From a virus (taxonomy: Duplodnaviria; Caudoviricetes), in IMG/VR virus record IMGVR_UViG_3300016744_000001: a stretch of DNA of 64,000 nt; one strand, given 5' to 3'. The position numbers and the translations under genes were made by a program. Below are positions 30,813 through 38,127 of this stretch, one piece after another; within the stretch, counting starts at the first letter, position 1; each line of letters begins with the position of its first letter. Below the pieces are notes generated by a model. That model did not search any database. It saw only the letters and a program-made list of their open reading frames with translations, and had not been told where the DNA came from.

Positions 30813-30933
30813 AAATGCTCCTTTAAACCCAATATTTTTTAAGGAAATCAAACTTTTGTAAACATTTGATATGTGGTCACAGTTAGACTACACATGCCGT
30901 GTGGAACAGTTTAAAGATTGTTGTTTAACATAT

Positions 30934-30963
30934 CTCAGAGCAAGGGAACCCCCTTGCTCTGAG
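30934..30963. terminator. 13-bp stem hairpin
   Basis: CTCAGAGCAAGGG-aacc-CCCTTGCTCTGAG, immediately after the NDT-like gene. Confidence 0.7.
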
Positions 30964-30967
30964 TGTT

Positions 30968-31483
30968 CTAAAGACTACCTGAAAAGTTTCTGAAATCACG
31001 GATTTCAAGTGTCCCGTTGTTTTTAAGCGCCACATCAAACAGACGAGATGAGACGCGATTGATGGCGTAAACTTCAGAATGCTGATTGGGGATATCTGGT
31101 TGACCAATGATTTCCCAACCTTCCAGTCGGCAAAGCTCAAGGAAATCATCTTTGAGTTCACTACTGAGTGGCTCAAGAAACACGATCTCTTTGTCTTGAG
31201 CGATGGCGTACATGATTTCATCCCAAGCACCCATGCCGATGTACCCATCTTTGTTCAATACAAAGATCTTATCCGACTGCCTGATCTTCTTAAGATAGAC
31301 ACGGTCCAGCAAACGCTTGAGCGGACTGTTCATGTCAAGATCTTCCTGATGACCAAAGAGACCAACAGTGTGGACGATATTGCCAGCGATCGTCAGATCA
31401 CGCATCGCTTTTGCCCAGACTTCAGGAAAACGAGTTGAACCAACAAGAGTGATCGTTTTGATATCGTTATCTGAGATAGTCAT
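30968..31483 (-). CDS. Nucleoside 2-deoxyribosyltransferase-like (NDT/DUF4406-type) protein, putative nucleotide N-glycosidase
   Basis: ITLVGSTRF...KIRQSDKIFVLNKDGYIG.GAWDEIMYA...KEIVFLE matches the NDT-fold signature with its catalytic Glu. Confidence 0.7.
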   Translation of the reverse strand: MTISDNDIKTITLVGSTRFPEVWAKAMRDLTIAGNIVHTVGLFGHQEDLDMNSPLKRLLDRVYLKKIRQSDKIFVLNKDGYIGMGAWDEIMYAIAQDKEIVFLEPLSSELKDDFLELCRLEGWEIIGQPDIPNQHSEVYAINRVSSRLFDVALKNNGTLEIRDFRNFSGSL

Positions 31484-31760
31484 ACATGCTCCCTCCGATG
31501 ATCTTTCCATTGCGATCAAAAACGATCACTGCCTGACCAGGCTTTCGATATCTGGTAACATCAGCAATTTGGGCAACCTTGGCTTCATCCTGATAAGTGA
31601 CCATGTGTTCTTTGGCGTGTTTCTGCAGTTCAGTCATGATTGACTTACCCGCTTCTGGATCAGCCAAGTACTTGTCCAACTTAGGACGATTCTGTTCAAG
31701 TCGATCTCGTTCCGCCCAGAGTCTTTCAATATCTTCAAAAGTGTGAACACTTGTGCTCAT
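31467..31760 (-). CDS. Small hypothetical protein
   Basis: Tightly packed between purZ and the NDT-like gene. Confidence 0.65.
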   Translation of the reverse strand: MSTSVHTFEDIERLWAERDRLEQNRPKLDKYLADPEAGKSIMTELQKHAKEHMVTYQDEAKVAQIADVTRYRKPGQAVIVFDRNGKIIGGSMYDYLR

Positions 31761-31763
31761 GAC

Positions 31764-32855
31764 TCACCTGTATTTGGCGATGTAGTTTTGTAGTGTGAGT
31801 GGGTCCATGTGACTGATTTGCGGCGCATACGGACCAAAACCAACAAGCATCATCGCCTTTTGTTTCCGGTTAAGAAACTTAAAAGTTTTCAGATCTTCCT
31901 CACTCAAGTAGTTAATGAAGTTCAGAAACACATGAGTGGGTTTGATATACTTGAGTGACCGCTCGTATTGTTCTTTTGAAAACGTAAATACCCGACGAAC
32001 ACGTTTGGTCACGGTAGTCAGTTCTGGTGTCTGCTGCAGTTCTTCCCAAGTGAGTTCATGACTATCAGGATAGACTGGACCGCTATCACCAATCTCATTA
32101 CCTTCATCATCCTTGGGATTACCGACACGGATTGGAAATGTTCGGACAGTCATCATGACATTCCCAAGATAACTTGGATGTAATCCGAGATCACTCAGGA
32201 CAGCAGATGGTGTCACATCAATGCTCGTGCAATGTGGATAGGAGTACCCATGATTAAGAGACAAATCAAAACCCTGTCCTGTCTCTACTAACACATTGAG
32301 ATCCTGATCCAGCAAGTATTGCACGTATTCAGTGTCAGTCTTGATGAACGGCTGAAGTTCTTTTGTTCCTTGAGCAAGTGGATTGCTTCGCATGATCTTA
32401 CTGGCTCTTGCCGCACCACTGCCAGATTGCGTGCTAGCGATGCGTACAACGCCGTTTTGATCCTGTTCCGTCTCCTTATCCATCTTTGTCACTACGGCCG
32501 CTCTAGGGTGTATTATGAGCCGTTCTGGGCCTATGTCAAACTCACGCATCTCCTTGAAAAGGATGTCCAGATCAATGACACTCCCAGCACTGAGATAGAT
32601 GGTGGATCGTTCTTGAATGATCCCGGCTACTGGGAGCATCTTGGTCACGTATTTTTTATCCTGGTAATAAAAAGTGTGACCAGCATTTGGTGACAATCTT
32701 CCCACAGCGAGATGAACAGTATTGTCAAGAGCTAACCGGTTTGCAATTAACCCTTTCCCAGTAGAACCAAACTGTCCATCAATCACCATGTTGCATTTGC
32801 CAGAGATAACAAAGTCATCCAAGGGACTTGATTCCCCGTGAGAAAGATTTGGCAT
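31764..32855 (-). CDS. purZ: PurZ-type adenylosuccinate synthetase homolog (N6-succino-2-amino-dAMP synthase)
   Basis: DGQFGSTGKG (Ser where PurA has the catalytic Asp of GDEGKG), PNAGHT, IASTQSG, QGFDLS, YPHCTS, RTFPIRVGN, SGP, TTVTKRVRRV, and FLNFINY in place of PurA TKLD. Confidence 0.85.
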   Translation of the reverse strand: MPNLSHGESSPLDDFVISGKCNMVIDGQFGSTGKGLIANRLALDNTVHLAVGRLSPNAGHTFYYQDKKYVTKMLPVAGIIQERSTIYLSAGSVIDLDILFKEMREFDIGPERLIIHPRAAVVTKMDKETEQDQNGVVRIASTQSGSGAARASKIMRSNPLAQGTKELQPFIKTDTEYVQYLLDQDLNVLVETGQGFDLSLNHGYSYPHCTSIDVTPSAVLSDLGLHPSYLGNVMMTVRTFPIRVGNPKDDEGNEIGDSGPVYPDSHELTWEELQQTPELTTVTKRVRRVFTFSKEQYERSLKYIKPTHVFLNFINYLSEEDLKTFKFLNRKQKAMMLVGFGPYAPQISHMDPLTLQNYIAKYR

Positions 32856-32860
32856 GGTAG

Positions 32861-33262
32861 TTAATCCGGCAGAATGAAACAACGGTTGATCACACCACCT
32901 TGATAGTATCCAAACTCACCATCTGAGGTTCGTCCAGAGATCGGGGTTTTAGCGTCAATTGCCCTGAAGAGTTCTTTAATAGCTTCAGGAGAAAGATACT
33001 TAAACACAACCTCAATTGACTGTGATTGATTGTTGGTGCCTTTTGCCCGAACAGTGTACAATTTGGACGAATCCAATCTGCCAAGGATGTTGTTCCTGGC
33101 GGACATGGCCGCTCTTTCAAATTGTGTTTTATCCGTCCAGTATCGATCTTTTTCCTGGGGATTTAAGATTTCGATCTGGATAGGCGAATGATCTTCAGCA
33201 ACGACTTCTTCTATTCGCTGCTGAATTTTTCTGAAATTACGACGGATAACAGGCTTTTTCAT
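32861..33262 (-). CDS. Hypothetical protein
   Basis: AGGA RBS; directly upstream of purZ. Confidence 0.65.
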   Translation of the reverse strand: MKKPVIRRNFRKIQQRIEEVVAEDHSPIQIEILNPQEKDRYWTDKTQFERAAMSARNNILGRLDSSKLYTVRAKGTNNQSQSIEVVFKYLSPEAIKELFRAIDAKTPISGRTSDGEFGYYQGGVINRCFILPD

Positions 33263-33279
33263 TTGAACTGTCCTCTTTC

Positions 33280-33498
33280 TTAAATCGAAATTCCTTTCGT
33301 GGAGAGATGGGCTTTGACATTTTTGAACTTGTCAATTCGCTTCCGAATTTCTTCCGGTGGAAGAGACCACATCAATGGCATCCGCATTTCAAATTTGTGG
33401 TACGGATTAAGCACAAACTTGATGAGATGACCGTATTCTTGCATCCACAAACAACACCACTCGACACAAAGGCAAACACACAAAAATATCCAGAACAT
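33280..33498 (-). CDS. Small membrane protein
   Basis: AAGGAG RBS; hydrophobic N-terminus. Confidence 0.55.
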   Translation of the reverse strand: MFWIFLCVCLCVEWCCLWMQEYGHLIKFVLNPYHKFEMRMPLMWSLPPEEIRKRIDKFKNVKAHLSTKGISI

Positions 33499-33509
33499 GC
33501 TAAGCTCCT

Positions 33510-33833
33510 TTACATTTCAAGAACACGATATCCAGCACACCCACCACCATGACAAGAACAAATTCGTAGTTGTCCAGTTTTATCGTGTTTGGTCAATACC
33601 ATGGTTTTGTAGATGCCCGTAATCAGAACAGTGTCATCCACTTCCCATGTAAAATCAGCCTCGACAAACTCAAGTTTATCAATCCAATCTCCACCACAAG
33701 CGCAGAATGCCTTTGATGGAGTAACGTCTTTACAGTGGAAGTTGAAGCGAGCTAATGCTTTACAAAGAGCATCTTCAGAATAGTACACTCGTTGTGATTG
33801 TGGTGTTTTACCCATCTGGGTCCTCCAATCCAA
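33510..33833 (-). CDS. Hypothetical protein
   Basis: Within the operon; Cys-containing C-terminus; start may be the MGKTP ATG. Confidence 0.55.
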   Translation of the reverse strand: MDWRTQMGKTPQSQRVYYSEDALCKALARFNFHCKDVTPSKAFCACGGDWIDKLEFVEADFTWEVDDTVLITGIYKTMVLTKHDKTGQLRICSCHGGGCAGYRVLEM

Positions 33834-34086
33834 ATTCTTGGATCATTCGTACTAGTACGTCACCATGACAGATCTTTGGTTTACAATAACAACCAAGCCG
33901 TTTACCAACAAGAGGAATCAGATCCTCTTTGGTGAAAGTATCCCGAGCATAGTCTTCGTACATGTCGATAACATAAGCTCTGTCATTTTCGCACTTCATC
34001 GGGAAAGGATTTCCCCATTTACTACCTCTGCCAATATACACGTCATACGCAGATTTGCGTAAGTTAACTACCGTAGTCTTTGACAT
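33808..34086 (-). CDS. DUF4326-family protein
   Basis: YDVYIGRGSKWGNPF...GKRLGCYCKPKICHGDVL signature. Confidence 0.85.
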   Translation of the reverse strand: MSKTTVVNLRKSAYDVYIGRGSKWGNPFPMKCENDRAYVIDMYEDYARDTFTKEDLIPLVGKRLGCYCKPKICHGDVLVRMIQEFGLEDPDG

Positions 34087-34128
34087 GGGTTCCTCCGTTC
34101 AAGTATTTATCAATAGAAATATAAAGCT

Positions 34129-34158
34129 ATCGTGAGACTCAATCAAGAGTCCCACGAT
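34129..34158 (-). terminator. Hairpin after the GNAT gene
   Basis: ATCGTGAGACTC-aatcaa-GAGTCCCACGAT; the single mismatch becomes a G-U pair in minus-strand RNA. Confidence 0.55.
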
Positions 34159-34161
34159 TGG

Positions 34162-34737
34162 TTAGTTGGTTAATTGTTTGATATAAAGTAAACACTGAAT
34201 ATTTTCAGTTGGGTCTGGATCACGAAATTTTGTAAACAACTCGCAACTCATGGTGTCATAAAACGTAACATCGCAATATTTTTCATAGGTGCAGATCAAC
34301 AGTTTTTTGTAATTTTGCTTGACCGCATGATTACAAACACACTGAAAAAGTTCTGCACCATACTGTTTCCCGCGATGTTTTTTGTCAATCACAATAACTG
34401 TTAGTTCACCATCACAAAGTTTGATGAATGGTCGATAGGTATTATAAATCTCGTAGATGTAGAAGATTTTACGATTGTAAAATAACCACACCCAGTAGAT
34501 TAAAAAATGAAAAACAATGTTCCACCAAAAACGATAACTCGTACCTTTTGAGTAACCAGTAAAACCGATTACATTGTTGTTTTCTGTTTTAACAAATACA
34601 TATTTAGAAGCCCTGAGGATTTCAAGTAGGTAAAGCCAACTGAAGATATTTGTTGGTTTACCATCGTTCATTGGCCATTGTTCTTTAAGTAAATTCATGC
34701 ACGCTTTGGCATGTTTGTGGAAACGAAATGCTTGCAT
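34162..34737 (-). CDS. GNAT-family acetyltransferase (AT-rich gene)
   Basis: VIGF, ELTVIVIDKKHRGKQYGAELF acetyl-CoA motif A, FY..M. Confidence 0.75.
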   Translation of the reverse strand: MQAFRFHKHAKACMNLLKEQWPMNDGKPTNIFSWLYLLEILRASKYVFVKTENNNVIGFTGYSKGTSYRFWWNIVFHFLIYWVWLFYNRKIFYIYEIYNTYRPFIKLCDGELTVIVIDKKHRGKQYGAELFQCVCNHAVKQNYKKLLICTYEKYCDVTFYDTMSCELFTKFRDPDPTENIQCLLYIKQLTN

Positions 34738-34803
34738 TGATATACTCCTAAAGTATTGTCGATCATGCTATCATTGACTTAAGTAAATAAATATGCTTAG
34801 ACA

Positions 34804-34838
34804 TGACCCACACTCTGTCACTGACAGAGTGTGGGTCA
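34804..34838. terminator. 17-bp-arm inverted repeat
   Basis: TGACCCACACTCTGTCA-c-TGACAGAGTGTGGGTCA. Confidence 0.75.
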
Positions 34839-34843
34839 CGTGA

Positions 34844-35689
34844 TCATACGGTCTGAAGGATCAGCTTACCATTACCGAAGGTAAATATTCGGCTGCCATC
34901 CCAGGTCACAGCGTTGACGACTGAACCAGTGTTGCAGATCTTGTACGCCATCTGGGTGTAGATGGCTTCTGTACGACGAAATGAAACACCAGCCGCGTCA
35001 TAGTCATCGACCCCACGGTCAACACCCGTGTACAGACCCCATTCGGAGATCTTGGCGTAGGTCAAGTCACCCTTGAACATGATGTTGATGGCTTCGTAAA
35101 CCTCAGCACCGGAAAGAGCCGCCTTGACTCGCTTGGTGCAGAGCACTTCAGTCATTGCCCCAGAAGTGACACCACTGACATCAGTTGTGCTGGGCACTGG
35201 ATACAGGTTAGCACTGTTGATTTCATACGCTTGTTCCTGACCGGTGGCCGGGTCAATGCGCACAATGCTGACGCTGTTGTCGATGAATTCCAGCTTCTTC
35301 AGGTAGTAGCACCAGTACTGAGCACCATTGAAAGTCTGCTGAACACGCATGCGGTACTGCAGCATCTCTGCCGTGGTCAGGTCTTCATCGATCGGGACAC
35401 ACCTGAATGGGATCGGCTGGTACAGGTCCATTTCATTGGACTTCGGCTGGTAAGGGGTGCCTTGGATTTTGTCACCCGTGTTGTAGAACCCATTGATACC
35501 AATCCCAAAGTACCCAAGGCCCGGTGCATCAGCGATGTCCGTAAGCGCTGAATACTTATTGTACTTGGTGTTCAGGGTAGAGTCCGGATATATGGGATAC
35601 GTCCCCGATATACGGTCTTCCAGATCATTGAGTTCAGCGAAAACAGTTTTCACTGCTCTTTCAGGATACTTCATATTCGTTGTTGCCAT
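34844..35689 (-). CDS. Virion structural protein (phiKZ gp127-like)
   Basis: TLN.KY, YFGIG..G, LYQPIPF, YRMR, YWCYYLK motifs; synteny with the portal block. Confidence 0.65.
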   Translation of the reverse strand: MATTNMKYPERAVKTVFAELNDLEDRISGTYPIYPDSTLNTKYNKYSALTDIADAPGLGYFGIGINGFYNTGDKIQGTPYQPKSNEMDLYQPIPFRCVPIDEDLTTAEMLQYRMRVQQTFNGAQYWCYYLKKLEFIDNSVSIVRIDPATGQEQAYEINSANLYPVPSTTDVSGVTSGAMTEVLCTKRVKAALSGAEVYEAINIMFKGDLTYAKISEWGLYTGVDRGVDDYDAAGVSFRRTEAIYTQMAYKICNTGSVVNAVTWDGSRIFTFGNGKLILQTV

Positions 35690-35715
35690 TCGTCCAACTC
35701 CTACGGGGACTTAAA

Positions 35716-38094
35716 TTATTCAAGTGGACTGATATCCACAAGATCATTGCCTGCTCTCAGAACTGACATGACCGCTTGTGCACCATATATCTGGTAAAGA
35801 CCAGTAACGGAGAACGCATCATTTTCCAGCTTTTCAGTGGTTGTTGAAGAGAGCATTTGTTGACTGTCATAAAAACACATGTCACTGGTTTCTTTCAGAG
35901 TGGGATCACCCTTGATGACCACAGACACACTGTCATCAGTTGGTAGCATTTCTGTCTGTGTGGTGTCATTCAGAGTGGGATGCATTGAGTAATCATCCCG
36001 CAAGTCTGCAGGTAACATCTCAATTGCATTCACTTCACAATCACAACCAAGATCATTGATCTCAGTTGTTGAGGTGTCAACATGAGCGCCAGTGGTGACT
36101 GATGTGGGCATCAGTGACAAGTACGTCACATCAGTACGATCTGTATCAAGATACGTCAGATCCTGGCTGGTCCAATCGGTGAATAGCTGCTTGATTGATG
36201 AGTAGAATGCCGTGTTATCGTAGATTGCACCAGCATACCGCAACAACAATTCTGAATCTTGGATCGGTAATACCTGACCAATCAGGGTGTTGGCGAGCTG
36301 ATCGTAATAGACCTTGCTTTCTGGCAATTGGTCGTACGCTGAAATCAGTTGCCCGACTCCCTCGTTTTCAGCTAACCACTCTGTATACGGTTTGTTGGTT
36401 TGACCAAGGTTAACCGTTTCACGAGCAACCAAGAACTCGTAGAAGTACCACATCGCCCATTGATACGTGAGGTCAGGTTCAGTGGCGGCACTGCGCAGAT
36501 GTTGAATCATGACATCAAACTGCAACGCCAATGCCTGAATGAAATCCGATACCGATTCATACTTCTGGTCGATCCAAGGAATCTCTTTCAAGATGGTGTT
36601 GACCTGAACAATAGTGTCCATGTTGTACTTGAACCCGTTGAACCAGAAGTGGTCAGGTAAGTCCTTCAAGCTTGGTTTGGTCTTCTTGTACGCCAGATCA
36701 ACTGGGTACCTTTCAGGCAAATATTCTGGGGTGATCCCGAAACGTTTGTAGATGACGTAATGCATCAGGATCAGGGCATTTCCGATTGTCAGTGAAACGG
36801 GCAGTGCCGTGTTCTCATCCTTAAAGGTGATCTTGTACTGCAAGTTCCCTTGGGCAAATTGATACATCATGCTGTCAAACAAGAACACTGTCAAGTGTCT
36901 CAGATACTGAGTATTAACGATGTACTTCTGGAACTCCAGCAACCGAGTTGGGACCGTGTTCGTGGCAGTTCTTGCGAAGGATGCCGTCATCAACGCTGAA
37001 TCATCCACAGAGTAGTCCGGGTAGTACCCTTCCTTATATACACGATTCAATATCGTGTCCATGGATTCTTTCGCATTGGTGTTCACCAACTGACTACTGG
37101 AGGCAGTCATCGATTTGTATCTGCGAGTGGTTGCCAGCAATGGGTTAGCTGCAGCCACAGTAGAGGTCGTAGCTTCAGATTCGGCGATTGCTACTTGGTA
37201 ATCGACCACTTCTTCTGACAGGATTTCTGGGATTAGTTCCACGTCATCGTTCGGGTCAGTTGTCTGCTGCATGATGCGTTTACCAACCAAGTGCACACGT
37301 AAGTTCTGCAAGAGGTTGTCCGCCAACAAGATCATGTTGGACTTTCGACCACGGTTAGCTTTCAGGTAACGCATGTTGCGATAGAACCAACGAGCTTGGA
37401 CATCAGTCAGCATGGATTCATACGGGCCAAGACCATTTGCTTCCAAGCGATCCCACACGTGCATGTGGTGAACAGCATAGGTGTCGCAGTTCACCAAACG
37501 TTGCTTGATGATGCAACTAAATAACAACAGGTTGACCTTGGCCATGAACACCAGTGGATACTGATCTTCGTAGTTGTAGTCACGAATAAACCAACGATCC
37601 CTGACGTACTGCAGACACTGCTGACAAGCTAACAAGATTGATTCCCGTTCATTTTCCCTGAGGAAACTGGGAACTTGATTCACGATCGTCAGCTCATCGG
37701 CATTGATGACAGCATCGATATCTTTGCAGGGATAGATGATGTTTTTGATCAGACCAACTTGTGTAGGATATGTCAGACAGAGACGTTTATATGCATCACT
37801 GCCCATGGTGTAGAAAGATGCTGTCTTTGGATAGTTGGACCACAGGTCCAAATCGAATGGAACCGGTTCACCAGTTTCTACTGAAAGGACGGTCATGGGC
37901 TTATCGAGGAAGCTATACAAACCGCACAAATTGCGATAGTATGGGTTTTCCCGATCATTTGTTATCCGAAAATTCGTATTGTTGTGCACCTGTGTGGCAA
38001 TGATTTCAGCGAATGGACCAAACTTGATTGTCATGCTTGACAAGTACTGAAGAATTTCTCTTCGGTACAACTCATAGCGAATTGAACTTGCCAT
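35716..38094 (-). CDS. Virion structural protein (phiKZ gp128-like, likely baseplate)
   Basis: YYRNLCG.Y...D..M...S.ET, LIKNIIYP, FYRN.RYL..N.G motifs; divergent from the portal; RBS before ATG 38094. Confidence 0.65.
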   Translation of the reverse strand: MASSIRYELYRREILQYLSSMTIKFGPFAEIIATQVHNNTNFRITNDRENPYYRNLCGLYSFLDKPMTVLSVETGEPVPFDLDLWSNYPKTASFYTMGSDAYKRLCLTYPTQVGLIKNIIYPCKDIDAVINADELTIVNQVPSFLRENERESILLACQQCLQYVRDRWFIRDYNYEDQYPLVFMAKVNLLLFSCIIKQRLVNCDTYAVHHMHVWDRLEANGLGPYESMLTDVQARWFYRNMRYLKANRGRKSNMILLADNLLQNLRVHLVGKRIMQQTTDPNDDVELIPEILSEEVVDYQVAIAESEATTSTVAAANPLLATTRRYKSMTASSSQLVNTNAKESMDTILNRVYKEGYYPDYSVDDSALMTASFARTATNTVPTRLLEFQKYIVNTQYLRHLTVFLFDSMMYQFAQGNLQYKITFKDENTALPVSLTIGNALILMHYVIYKRFGITPEYLPERYPVDLAYKKTKPSLKDLPDHFWFNGFKYNMDTIVQVNTILKEIPWIDQKYESVSDFIQALALQFDVMIQHLRSAATEPDLTYQWAMWYFYEFLVARETVNLGQTNKPYTEWLAENEGVGQLISAYDQLPESKVYYDQLANTLIGQVLPIQDSELLLRYAGAIYDNTAFYSSIKQLFTDWTSQDLTYLDTDRTDVTYLSLMPTSVTTGAHVDTSTTEINDLGCDCEVNAIEMLPADLRDDYSMHPTLNDTTQTEMLPTDDSVSVVIKGDPTLKETSDMCFYDSQQMLSSTTTEKLENDAFSVTGLYQIYGAQAVMSVLRAGNDLVDISPLE

Positions 38095-38127
38095 AAAAGT
38101 GCCTTCCTTAATAATTGGAGATGTCGC

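Noticed and set aside
31764-32855. Annotation as ordinary PurA (host-like auxiliary gene)
   Set aside because: It lacks the catalytic Asp of GDEGKG and the TKLD GTP motif; the residues match PurZ instead
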